This document shows, piece after piece, positions 18,007-26,864 of a stretch of 64,000 nucleotides of DNA (positions are counted from its first letter, which is position 1; each line of letters begins with the position of its first letter). Below the pieces are notes generated by a model. That model did not search any database. It worked only from the letters and a program-made list of their open reading frames with translations, and was not told the DNA's origin. The DNA comes from Acidimicrobiia bacterium (GTDB lineage: Bacteria > Actinomycetota > Acidimicrobiia > Acidimicrobiales > Aldehydirespiratoraceae). The DNA is taken from contig QIIW01000151.1 in the NCBI GenBank assembly GCA_003231645.1, forward strand, positions 8,621-72,620, given 5' to 3'. The translations under genes and the position numbers were made by a program.

Positions 18007-18666
18007 ATGTTCATCATCGTGGCGTTGGGGCTCGTGGTGCTGTTGGTGATCGTGGCGCTCCGCACGTCAGGCTCGAGGCGGAGCGGCGTCCAGGTGGTGA
18101 GGGTTCCGGTCGACGACTTCGTGGTGGGCGATCTGCCGATGGTGTGTGTCAGAACCGGAATGGCCGCCGATGGTCTGGTCGACTTCGAAAGTGGTGAGGA
18201 CAAGTTCCAGGCATGGTGGATCCTGCTGCTCCTGCTCGGACCGCTGGGCGTGCTCGCGATCGTGGTGCTCTACGCGATGAGTCCCACGCCTCGCCGGGTC
18301 GGCGGGTCCTTGCCGATGTCCAAAGCGGCGCTCGACGCCCACAACCGGCGAAGGAGGGTCTTCACCAAACCATGGGCGGTCCCGTTCGCGGGGCTTGCGC
18401 TCGGTGCCCTGGTGCTCCCGGTCTCCCGGAGTCCGTGGATTGGCGCCACGGGAGTGGTGATTCTGTTCCTGGGTCTGATCGGCGGATTCGTGATGATCGC
18501 CACTGCCGGCTGGTCATACGGGCGCAATGACGTGGGTGTGGCCCTGGACGGCACCGGGCGTTGGGTCGAGCTGCGAAACGTCCATCCCGAATTCGCGGCC
18601 ACGGCCGCCCGCCAAGTTCGCGACAGGCATCGCCGAAACCGGGTGAGGGACCACCGGAGTGGGTGA
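18007..18666 (+). CDS. hypothetical integral membrane protein
   Basis: 219 aa, about 4 predicted TM segments. Sits inside the hem gene string. No recognisable motif. Confidence 0.6.
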   Translation: MFIIVALGLVVLLVIVALRTSGSRRSGVQVVRVPVDDFVVGDLPMVCVRTGMAADGLVDFESGEDKFQAWWILLLLLGPLGVLAIVVLYAMSPTPRRVGGSLPMSKAALDAHNRRRRVFTKPWAVPFAGLALGALVLPVSRSPWIGATGVVILFLGLIGGFVMIATAGWSYGRNDVGVALDGTGRWVELRNVHPEFAATAARQVRDRHRRNRVRDHRSG

Positions 18667-18691
18667 TGAGGGGGATGGCTAGCCTCACGGG

Positions 18692-19672
18692 GTGACCTTC
18701 CCCCAACGCCGCCCGCGCCGTTTGCGCCGCACCTCCGCCATCCGGCGGATGGTGGCCGAGAACCGGCTGCACCCCGACGATCTGGTCGCCCCCCTGTTCG
18801 TGCGTGAGGGCATCACCGAGCCCCAGCCGATCGAGTCGCTGCCCGGGCAGTTCCAGCACACCCGTGAATCGCTGCGCACCGAGGTCGCGGAACTCAAGGC
18901 GCTCGGCATTCCGGCGGTGATCGTGTTCGGGGTGCCCGAGCACAAGGACGCCGCGGGTTCCGAGGCGTGGAACCCCGACGGTATCGTCCAGGTTGCCCTC
19001 AAGGACCTGCGTGACGACCATGGCGAGGACCTCGCTCTGATCGCCGACCTGTGCATCGACGAGTACACCAGCCACGGACACTGCGGGGTGCTCGACACCA
19101 ACGGGCAACCCGACAACGACGCCACCCTGGAGATCTACGAACGCATAGCCGTGGCCCAAGCCGCCGCGGGAGCCGACATCATCGCCCCGTCGGGGATGAT
19201 GGACGGCCAGGTGTTCGCCATCCGTGAGGCGCTCGACGACCAGGGCTTCGACCGGATCGCCATTCTCGCCTATGCGGCCAAGTACGCCACCGCTCTCTAC
19301 GGACCGTTTCGCGACGCGGTCGACGTCACCATCGTCGGTGGCGGCAACCGCAAGGGCTACCAGCAGGACGTCGCCAACGCCCGCGAGGCCATGGAGGAGA
19401 TCCGCGAGGACATTTCCGAAGGTGCCGACATCGTGATGGTCAAACCGGCCATGCCCTACCTCGACGTGATCTCGCGGGCCCGGGCCGAAATCGACATACC
19501 ACTCGCCGCCTACCACGTGAGCGGCGAGTACGCCATGGTCCACGCGGCAGCCGAACGCGGCTGGCTCGATCTCGAAGCGGTCGGCTACGAACACATCCTC
19601 GCCGTGAAGCGGGCCGGCGCGGATGTGATCCTCACCTACTTCGCCCGGATGCTCGCGGAGATGATGCAGTGA
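18692..19672 (+). CDS. hemB: porphobilinogen synthase (delta-aminolevulinate dehydratase)
   Basis: Contains RPRRLRRT.A.R.MV.E, DLCIDEYTSHGHCG and the Schiff-base lysine region ADIVMVKPA. Confidence 0.95.
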   Translation: MTFPQRRPRRLRRTSAIRRMVAENRLHPDDLVAPLFVREGITEPQPIESLPGQFQHTRESLRTEVAELKALGIPAVIVFGVPEHKDAAGSEAWNPDGIVQVALKDLRDDHGEDLALIADLCIDEYTSHGHCGVLDTNGQPDNDATLEIYERIAVAQAAAGADIIAPSGMMDGQVFAIREALDDQGFDRIAILAYAAKYATALYGPFRDAVDVTIVGGGNRKGYQQDVANAREAMEEIREDISEGADIVMVKPAMPYLDVISRARAEIDIPLAAYHVSGEYAMVHAAAERGWLDLEAVGYEHILAVKRAGADVILTYFARMLAEMMQ

Positions 19673-20964
19673 GTGGCACCGACACACCCCGCGGCGAGAA
19701 AACCAACGAGATCCTGTTCGAACGAGCCAGGGAACTCATCCCCGGTGGGGTCAACTCCCCGGTGCGGGCCTTCGGGTCGGTCGGCGGTACGCCCTACTTC
19801 GTCGAGCACGCCGAGGGGCCCTTCGTCCACGACGTCGAGGGCAGGTGCTACATCGACTACGTCCAGAGTTACGGCCCGTCGATCCTCGGACACGCACATC
19901 CGGCCATCGTCGAGGCGATCACCACGGCAGCGGCCAAGGGGACCAGCTACGGCGCCCCCACCGAGAACGAGGTGCTGATTGCCGATGAGATGATCCGCCG
20001 CGTGCCCGGCTTGGAGATGATTCGGCTGGTTTCGAGCGGCACCGAAGCGGTGATGTCGGCCATCCGGCTTGCACGCGGTGCCACCGGCCGACACAAGATC
20101 GTGAAGTTTGCCGGCAACTATCACGGCCACAGCGACTCGCTGCTCGTGGCCGGCGGTTCGGGTGTCGCCCAGCAGGGTCTTGTCGGTTCCGAAGGGGTCA
20201 CGCCGGGTGCCGTGGCCGACACGATCGTCGCGCCATACAACCGGGTGCCGGTGCTCGACGAGACCATCGCCGTCGTCGTGGTCGAACCAGTCGCCGCCAA
20301 CATGGGGCTCGTTGCCCCCGCACCGGGATTTCTCGAAGGTCTGCGGGCCGAGTGTGACCGGATCGGATCGCTGCTGCTGTTCGACGAGGTCATCACGGGC
20401 TTTCGTCTGTGCCGCGGGGGCGCGGCCGAGTGGTTCGGCGTGATCCCCGACATGTGGTGCTTCGGCAAGGTCATCGGCGGTGGCCTGCCGATGGGTGCTT
20501 TCGGCTCCAGCCGCGAGATCATGGCCCACCTCGCCCCGCTCGGCGGGGTCTACCAGGCCGGCACCCTGTCCGGTAACCCGCTGGCCACCGCGGCCGGACT
20601 CGCTGCCATGTCGCACCTCGACACCGACGCCTACGGACGACTCACCGCCATCGCCGAGTCGTTGCAGGAGGGTATGTCGAAGGCCTTCGACGACGCCGGC
20701 GTGGCGGCGGTGATGCCCAGGGTCGGGCCGCTACTCGGCCTGTTCTTCACCGACACCGAGCCCACCGAGTTCGATTCGGCCAAGCTCGCTGCCGACAACG
20801 GCGTCTACCGGCGTTTCTTCCACGGAATGCTCGACCGTGGTGTGGCGTTCGCTCCCGGTGCCTACGAAGCGATCTTCGTGTCGCTCGCCCACGGTCCGGC
20901 GGAGATCGAGGCGACCGTTGCCGCGTGTCGTGAGGTTGCCGCCGAGCTTCGACCGCAGGATTGA
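19669..20964 (+). CDS. hemL: glutamate-1-semialdehyde 2,1-aminomutase
   Basis: Contains IPGGVNSPVRAF, SGTEA.M.A.RLARG and FGKVIGGGLP. Confidence 0.95.
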   Translation: MSGTDTPRGEKTNEILFERARELIPGGVNSPVRAFGSVGGTPYFVEHAEGPFVHDVEGRCYIDYVQSYGPSILGHAHPAIVEAITTAAAKGTSYGAPTENEVLIADEMIRRVPGLEMIRLVSSGTEAVMSAIRLARGATGRHKIVKFAGNYHGHSDSLLVAGGSGVAQQGLVGSEGVTPGAVADTIVAPYNRVPVLDETIAVVVVEPVAANMGLVAPAPGFLEGLRAECDRIGSLLLFDEVITGFRLCRGGAAEWFGVIPDMWCFGKVIGGGLPMGAFGSSREIMAHLAPLGGVYQAGTLSGNPLATAAGLAAMSHLDTDAYGRLTAIAESLQEGMSKAFDDAGVAAVMPRVGPLLGLFFTDTEPTEFDSAKLAADNGVYRRFFHGMLDRGVAFAPGAYEAIFVSLAHGPAEIEATVAACREVAAELRPQD

Positions 20965-20967
20965 AGC

Positions 20968-21507
20968 TCAGTAGCCGAGCAGCGGATCGCAGCCGCGGCC
21001 CGGTCGCGGCGGGCCCTGCGGCCAGACCAGGTGACTCTCCACCATCACCCCGAAGGTCGAGTTGGGACGGGGTGATCCCACCACCATCACCGTGCCGTCG
21101 ACCCCGAGACGATGCCGGTCCCCGGCCGGCACCTCGACCACGCATCCCGACCGCGTGCCGAGCGGAGCGCCCACCGGCCAGAGCATCAGCAACGGCACGA
21201 CCGGCTCCACCAGGCCGGTCCGTCCCCACGGGGTGATCGCGACCAGGAGCACCGCGCCACCCCATCCGGCGGCCAGAAGTGTGGTGAGAACTCTCGGTGC
21301 CCCGACCGACAGGAGTGCAGCCACCGCCACCAGTGCGGCCACGGCCATCACCACCGCCGACTCGAGGCGTCCGGGTCCGAGCCGACGGGCCGGCGCGGCC
21401 GGACCCACCGTGGTGCGAAACCACATCTCGGTGATCGGTGTGTCGGGGTCGACGAGGGAGCGCGTCTGAAAGACCCGCTGACGGTCGGTCCACTCGGTGT
21501 GAGGCAT
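20968..21507 (-). CDS. hypothetical membrane protein (179 aa) downstream of pgi
   Basis: The C-terminal part of listed ORF 20968..22383. Only the stretch from MPHTEWTDRQRVF (ATG 21507) is protein-like (2 TM plus a soluble domain). The rest overlaps pgi out of frame. Confidence 0.5.
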   Translation of the reverse strand: MPHTEWTDRQRVFQTRSLVDPDTPITEMWFRTTVGPAAPARRLGPGRLESAVVMAVAALVAVAALLSVGAPRVLTTLLAAGWGGAVLLVAITPWGRTGLVEPVVPLLMLWPVGAPLGTRSGCVVEVPAGDRHRLGVDGTVMVVGSPRPNSTFGVMVESHLVWPQGPPRPGRGCDPLLGY

Positions 21508-21524
21508 GACGGGGACGTCGCCGG

Positions 21525-23165
21525 TCAGGTCCGGCCGCGCATGGCGCGGTAGCGGTCGATCAGAGCGTTGGTCGACTCGTCGTGAGCGTGGGTTGGTGAG
21601 CCGTCGATGCTCAGCTCGGGGATGATGGCCACCGCCAGTTTCTTGCCCAGCTCCACCCCCCACTGATCGAACGAGTTGATACCCCACACGACACCTTGGG
21701 TGAGCACCTGATGTTCGTAGAGGGCGATGAGTTGACCCAGCACCGACGGCGTGAGTCGCGGGGCCATGATCATGGTCGAGGGGCGATTCCCCGGGAACGT
21801 GCGATGGGGCACGAGCGCCGGGTCGGGTTCGGAGGCGGCGACTTCGTCGGCGCTGCGACCGAATGCCAGCGATTCGGCTTGTGCGAAGCAGTTGGCCACC
21901 AGCAGGTCGTGGTGGATTTCGACTCCGGTGAACTCGGAATTGGAGTGGTCGGGAGTGCCGAACACGATGAAGTCGGCGGGCACGATCGTGGTGCCCTGGT
22001 GCAGAAGCTGGTGGAATGAATGCTGCCCGTTGGTTCCCGGTTCGCCCCACACGATCGGCCCGGTCTGGTAGTCGACCGCGGCACCGTCGCGGCGAACCCG
22101 CTTGCCGTTGGACTCCATGTCGAGTTGCTGGAGATAGGCCGGGAACCGGTGGAGGTAGCGACTGTAGGGGAGCACCGCCCGGGTGGGCAGGCCACAGAAG
22201 GTGCGATACCAGACCTCGATGAGACCGAGGATCACCGGTACGTTGGTCTCGAGCGGAGCCGAGACAAGATGTTCGTCGACGGTACGGAAGCCGTCGAGAA
22301 ACTCGAGGAACGACTCGGGGCCAATGGCCAGCATCAGGGTGAGTCCGATGGCAGAGTCGATCGAGTAGCGGCCGCCGACCCAATCCCAGAAGCCGAACAT
22401 GTTGGTGGTGTCGATACCGAAGGCCTCGACCTCGTCGGAATTGGTCGACACGGCCACGAAATGTTTGGCGACGGCGTCCTCACCGAGTCGTCCGACGATC
22501 CACGAGCGGGCCGAGCGGGCGTTGGTCAGAGTTTCCAATGTGGTGAATGTCTTCGACGAGATCACGAACATCGTGGTCGCGGGATCAAGGTCGCCGAGCG
22601 CGGCGACGAGATCGCTGCCGTCCACGTTGGACACGAACCGGCATCGGACCCGGTCGTGACGGAACGCCGCGAGCGCTTCGTAGGCCATGACCGGCCCGAG
22701 GTCGGATCCGCCGATACCGATGTTGACCACCGTGTGGATCGGCCGACCGGTCTGGCCGGTCCAGTCGCCGTCGCGCACGCGGTCGGCGAACGCCGACATG
22801 CGTCGCAGCACGGCGTGGACATCGGGAACGACATCGTGGTCCCCGACCTCTATCACCGCACTCACCGGAGCCCTCAGAGCGGTGTGGAGGACCGGCCGGT
22901 TCTCGGTCGTGTTGATTCGACGACCGGTGACCATCCCGGCGATCCGCTCCCGAAGGCCGGCGGTACGAGCCAGGTCGAACAGTCGCTTCATCGTGTCGGC
23001 CGTGACCCGGTGCTTCGACCAGTCGACGATCAGGTCGCCCAGACGTGTGGTCATTGCCTCGGTTCGCCCTGGTTGGGTTGCGAACATGTCGGCGAGCCGC
23101 AAGTCGTCGAATCCGATGCTCTGCTTCTCCAGGTCGTGCCACTGAGGGCTTTCGGAAATGTCCAC
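21525..23165 (-). CDS. pgi: glucose-6-phosphate isomerase
   Basis: Contains [18 protein letters not shown] and a typical PGI C-terminus. Start GTG 23165 (VDISESPQW) lies 5 nt after AAGGAGG. The listed start 23306 is upstream of the SD. Confidence 0.93.
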   Translation of the reverse strand: MDISESPQWHDLEKQSIGFDDLRLADMFATQPGRTEAMTTRLGDLIVDWSKHRVTADTMKRLFDLARTAGLRERIAGMVTGRRINTTENRPVLHTALRAPVSAVIEVGDHDVVPDVHAVLRRMSAFADRVRDGDWTGQTGRPIHTVVNIGIGGSDLGPVMAYEALAAFRHDRVRCRFVSNVDGSDLVAALGDLDPATTMFVISSKTFTTLETLTNARSARSWIVGRLGEDAVAKHFVAVSTNSDEVEAFGIDTTNMFGFWDWVGGRYSIDSAIGLTLMLAIGPESFLEFLDGFRTVDEHLVSAPLETNVPVILGLIEVWYRTFCGLPTRAVLPYSRYLHRFPAYLQQLDMESNGKRVRRDGAAVDYQTGPIVWGEPGTNGQHSFHQLLHQGTTIVPADFIVFGTPDHSNSEFTGVEIHHDLLVANCFAQAESLAFGRSADEVAASEPDPALVPHRTFPGNRPSTMIMAPRLTPSVLGQLIALYEHQVLTQGVVWGINSFDQWGVELGKKLAVAIIPELSIDGSPTHAHDESTNALIDRYRAMRGRT

Positions 23166-23229
23166 CCGTACCTCCTTCGTCGCTACATCCTCGCGCCGTG
23201 GCAGCGCCAGGTGGTGATGGGCCGGCTCT

Positions 23230-23252
23230 GGCCCGAACGGGCCGAACGGCCC
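23230..23252. repeat. tandem 9-nt unit forming two overlapping mini-hairpins (GGCCC-GAAC-GGGCC-GAAC-GGCCC) in the pgi 5' region
   Basis: Read directly from the sequence. It lies 65-87 nt upstream of the pgi start in the divergent intergenic region. Confidence 0.5.
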
Positions 23253-23296
23253 ATGATGGGGGTCACCGACGTTCGTATTCTCGTGGATGAGGAGAC

Positions 23297-24097
23297 ATGC
23301 GTACAAACGGAATCAGATGGACGAGTGTTTCGGCCGTTCTCGCCTTGGTGGGAGTCGCTGTTGGAGCCGTAGCGGTAGGCGTGTCGGTGTCGGCGTCACA
23401 ATCGACGATTGCCCCCGACATCGGCGACGCGCGGGTGTCGCTGGGCACTCAGTCGGCCAGGGTCATCGAGCAGGTCTCCTATCGCGACGGTGTCGAACGC
23501 ATTGCGGACGTGGTGATCAAGAACGGTTCACCTGTCGGCGAGATCGACGATCCCGACGTGGCGGCCGCATGGAAGATCGTCGATTCGGTCTGGCCGGCCT
23601 CGCTGCGTGCGGAACTGAAGCAGGTGTCGGTGATCGACGAGGGGCCACGCGGCCTGGTGGGGGTGGTGCACCGGTCGTCGACCGGCGGATGGATCCTCAG
23701 TGTCGACCGGGTCGATCTGCCCGACCGTCGGCTTGTGCAGGAGACGATAATCCACGAGATCGCGCATGTCGTGACCCTCGGGCCCGACGTCTTCAGCTTC
23801 GATACCGAAGCGGGCTGCAACGGCGTGACCATCACCGTGGGATGTGCCTTTTCCGGCAGCCTGATGGCTCGCTACGCCGAGCGCTTCTGGCCCGGCGGCG
23901 CGGTCGACGCCCCGCCGTCGGCTCTGGCCGACGTGTATGCCGCGAGTGCGCCGCACGAGGATCTCGCCGAGACCTTCACCGCCTGGGTGGCCGGGTGGCC
24001 GGTCGTTTCGGCCGACGTGGCCTCCAGGATCGAGATGCTGTCTGCCGACCCGGAGATCGCTCCGCTCGCCGCTGAGATCCGTGACGGGATGGGCTGA
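23297..24097 (+). CDS. secreted or membrane-anchored putative zinc metallopeptidase (HExxH)
   Basis: 266 aa. An N-terminal signal/TM segment ([19 protein letters not shown]), then IIHEIAHVV and a downstream HEDLAETF. Confidence 0.65.
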   Translation: MRTNGIRWTSVSAVLALVGVAVGAVAVGVSVSASQSTIAPDIGDARVSLGTQSARVIEQVSYRDGVERIADVVIKNGSPVGEIDDPDVAAAWKIVDSVWPASLRAELKQVSVIDEGPRGLVGVVHRSSTGGWILSVDRVDLPDRRLVQETIIHEIAHVVTLGPDVFSFDTEAGCNGVTITVGCAFSGSLMARYAERFWPGGAVDAPPSALADVYAASAPHEDLAETFTAWVAGWPVVSADVASRIEMLSADPEIAPLAAEIRDGMG

Positions 24098-24134
24098 CTC
24101 TCATCGACGAATCGACGACCGGTGATCGAGTCGG

Positions 24135-24290
24135 TCAGGCTCCGGCCACCGCGGCCCGAGCCTCTTCGAGCAGAGCGCTGATCTCCTCGGGACTCCGAGT
24201 GGCCCACGTGAGACCCGATTCATCGGCCTGATTGATGAACTCCTCCATGACGAGCTGCTCGGATTCGGCTGCGGCCGAATCGAGTCGACC
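24135..24290 (-). other. orphan 3'-terminal coding fragment or small ORF (...SAAAESEQLVMEEFINQADESGLTWATRSPEEISALLEEARAAVAGA*), identity unknown
   Basis: Only the last ~50 codons of minus ORF 24135..24545 are protein-like. The rest is antisense to the cytochrome b fragment. There is no convincing SD or start. Confidence 0.3.
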
Positions 24291-24299
24291 ACGACGATC

Positions 24300-24647
24300 T
24301 TCTCGATCTTCGTCAACGCTCCGCTCCTTGAGCACGCCAACCTCAACAAGACGCCCAATCCGTCGAAGGCCCCGTGGTACCTCCTCGGTCTTCAGGAACT
24401 GCTGACAATGTTTCACCCGATGGTTGCCGGCGTGACCATTCCGGGCATGGGCATCTTCCTCCCGATCCTCGCCCCCTACATCGACAAGAATCCCTCGCAC
24501 AAGCCGGAAGACCGCAAGTTCGCCATTTCGCTCATGACCATTCACCTGATGTTCTGGGCCGTTTTGGTGATAATCGGTTCATTCTTCCGGGGCCCCGGCT
24601 TCAACTTCGTGTTCCCGTGGCAGGCCGGCCTGTTCTTTGAGCGGTGA
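24300..24647 (+). pseudogene. 5'-truncated cytochrome b C-terminal / subunit IV-like fragment (PEWY-loop variant plus last two TM helices)
   Basis: The frame reads ...LEHANLNKTPNPSKAPWYLLGLQELL-TM-DKNPSHKPEDRKF-TM-FRGPGFNFVFPW*. No heme-binding N-terminal half occurs anywhere in the window. The first canonical start (ATG 24408) lies after the PWY motif and has no SD. Confidence 0.7.
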
Positions 24648-24720
24648 TGCCCACCGACCGGTCCGCTTTCGTTCACCCCTTGGGTGACACCACAATGTGG
24701 ATGACCATTGGAGGCCCGCC

Positions 24721-25577
24721 ATGATCGTCGTCGCTGCAGTCGCCGGGGCCCTTCTCGCTGCGGTCGCGATATTCGCCGCGTCTCGCAGCCGCCAGAACGG
24801 TGACGCGATCGGGGTGCTGTCCCGTGAAACCCGCGCCCGCGACATCGCCGGTTCGTCCCTCGGCGACGAATCCGAGCTCACGGGCCGGCAGGTCGAGAAG
24901 GCGGCCGCACTCGAACGAAAGAACGCCAGGCAGGAACTCGTTCTGGTGGCCAAGGGTGCGCCCCCGCGCCGTTCGTGCCGGCCGATCCGCAGACCCTCGG
25001 CGTCACGCGTCGTCAGTTCTTCAATTGCCGCATCGTCTTGATGTTCGGACTCGGAATCACCGGCTTCGGTACCGCCTCGATCGCGTTCCTCGGGCCGCAG
25101 GTGTCGGGCGGTTTCGGCTCGAAGATCATGACCGGGTTCGTGTCGTCGCTACTGGCCGACATTCGGGCCGGCGGCGGATTCCTCTACATGGCCGAAGGCC
25201 GGATGTGACTCACCGAGTACCCCACCGGTGCCATCGAGAAGGCATCGGCCACCTATTCGGCCGGGGAGCTGTCGGGCATGCCGGCGGGCCAGGAACTCGG
25301 CCTCGATGGTGGCACCATCGCCCTTTACCAGAAGTGCCCGCATCTCGGTTGCCGTGTGCCCAGCTACACCACATCGCAGTGGTTCGAATGACCCTGCCAC
25401 GGTTCGCAGTACAACCAGGTCGGTGAGAAGAAGGGTGGTCCCGCTCCTCGTGGCATGGATCGCTTCGCCATGACCATCGGCTCCGACGGATCTCTCACCG
25501 TCGACACCGGCAACATCATCCTTGGCCCGCCCATCGGCACCAACACCACCGGGCAGGAGGCCGAAGGGCCTCGCTGC
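24721..25577 (+). pseudogene. Rieske [2Fe-2S] subunit gene interrupted by one frameshift and two in-frame TGA codons
   Basis: GGAGG-6 nt-ATG at 24721, then a TM helix. The frame changes near the C5 run at 24961-24965 (...LVAKGAP / APFVPADPQTLGVTRRQFFN...). TGA occurs at 25206 and at 25389. Box I CPHLGC is at 25335-25352. Box II reads TGA-P-C-H (25389-25400) where C-P-C-H is required. Confidence 0.75.
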
Positions 25578-26864
25578 ATCGGCAAGATCGAGTCCGAAGG
25601 TTGGATCCGCAATCAGCCCCGAGACCCACTGATCGCGCATGTTTTTGCCGCAACAACCCAACGAACAATCGGCTTCGTCATTTTGGCGATCGCTTTCACC
25701 GGCGGTCTCCTCCATGTCTACTTCAGCATCAGAGGGACCAAGGCCGAAGTCGGCTCCGAACTCGAGCCGGCACCCAACCGGGTGCCCGACCTCACCGACG
25801 AGGAACTGGAGGGACGTCACCTGGACCGAACTCTGACCGCCGGACTCGTTCTCCTCACGGTGGTCTTGCTCCTCACGGTGGTCTCGGTTTCGCTTCCCAT
25901 CTACCGGCTGGGCGAGCCGGGTCGCCACGAAGGTCGCATCTCCGATACCGACCGGGTTTTCAGCGATCGTGGAGCCGTGCTCCACACCGAGGGTGCCAAG
26001 TGCGTCAACTGCCATGGACCCAACGGAAGTGGCGGGTCGGTTTCGAAGTCGTTGACAGATGTCAACGGGAACTTCATCGCCCAGGTCACATGGAAGGCTC
26101 CCGCTCTCAACACCGTCCTGTCGCGCTACAGCGAGGACGAGGTGCTGCAGGTCCTCAACTTCGGCCGCAACGGGGTGATGCCGGCATGGGGTGGCCCGGG
26201 CGGCGGGCCGCTGTCCGAGCAGGAACTCGAGACGGCGATCTTGCATCTCCGGAGCATCCAGCTCGATGAGACGAGCATTCGGGACGAGGTTTCGCAGGGC
26301 ATCCGCGACGGGGCCGCCGAAAAACTGGTGGCCGAGAGTCAGTCGGAATGGGCCGTCGCGGTCAATGACACCCGCGCCGATGCCGCCGAGGCTCTTGACA
26401 CGGCGGCGCTCGAACTCCTCGCTCGGCCCGGGGTCGTTCCCGATCGGCAGATCCACCTCGACTACGGAAGAATAATTCTTGCGAATCAAGCCACCGCCGG
26501 TACCTACAGCTGCGCCCGCTGTCACACCTTCGGCTGGTCCTATGACGCCACGGCGCCGCGCGCCATGGCCGAGAACGGCACCAACGCCCCGCTTCTCGAC
26601 AAATACACCCGGGGCGGCGGCTTCTTCGGTCCCAACCTCACCACTGGAACCACTCTCGACCAGTTCGAGACGGCGGCCCAGCACGCGGCATTCGTCACCG
26701 ACGGCCAGTCCATCGGCAAGACCTACGGCAGGGGCGGCTCCGGAGGTACCGGGCAGATGCCCGGCTTCGGTCCACGTACCGATGACGCCCTGGGGATCAC
26801 CTACCCGGGGTTACTGACGCCCGAGCAGATCGACGCCGTCGTCGCGTTCGAGAGGAACCTCTGA
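25455..26864 (+). CDS. membrane-anchored diheme cytochrome c. The ORF is continuous in frame with the Rieske C-terminus.
   Basis: 2 TM helices, CVNCH (26001-26015) and CARCH (26511-26525), and Met-ligand motifs GVMPAWGG and GQMPGFG. There is no stop and no canonical start between the Rieske domain end and the first TM. Confidence 0.8.
   Translation: MDRFAMTIGSDGSLTVDTGNIILGPPIGTNTTGQEAEGPRCIGKIESEGWIRNQPRDPLIAHVFAATTQRTIGFVILAIAFTGGLLHVYFSIRGTKAEVGSELEPAPNRVPDLTDEELEGRHLDRTLTAGLVLLTVVLLLTVVSVSLPIYRLGEPGRHEGRISDTDRVFSDRGAVLHTEGAKCVNCHGPNGSGGSVSKSLTDVNGNFIAQVTWKAPALNTVLSRYSEDEVLQVLNFGRNGVMPAWGGPGGGPLSEQELETAILHLRSIQLDETSIRDEVSQGIRDGAAEKLVAESQSEWAVAVNDTRADAAEALDTAALELLARPGVVPDRQIHLDYGRIILANQATAGTYSCARCHTFGWSYDATAPRAMAENGTNAPLLDKYTRGGGFFGPNLTTGTTLDQFETAAQHAAFVTDGQSIGKTYGRGGSGGTGQMPGFGPRTDDALGITYPGLLTPEQIDAVVAFERNL

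Noticed and set aside
24101-24358. Minus-strand ORF with an apparent AAGGAG-7 nt-TTG start (MTKIEKIVVVD...)
   Set aside because: After about 12 residues the translation turns S/R/P-rich junk. The SD-like hexamer is simply the complement of the codons for P-L-L in the cytochrome b fragment.
24647-24724. 25-codon ORF (MPTDRSAFVHPLGDTTMWMTIGGPP*) coupled by TGATG to the cytochrome b fragment
   Set aside because: It has mixed codon bias, no TM helix or motif, and overlaps the SD/start of the Rieske gene. It is probably just the spacer.
25206-25391. Reading the two in-frame TGAs of the Rieske gene as selenocysteine or as an alternative genetic code (TGA=Trp/Gly)
   Set aside because: - TGA is used as an ordinary stop by many genes in this window, including the ATGA/GTGA coupled junctions.
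- The same gene also carries a frameshift.
- I could fold only a 4-bp stem downstream of 25391, which is not SECIS-like.
- I kept this as an alternative to test, not as a call.
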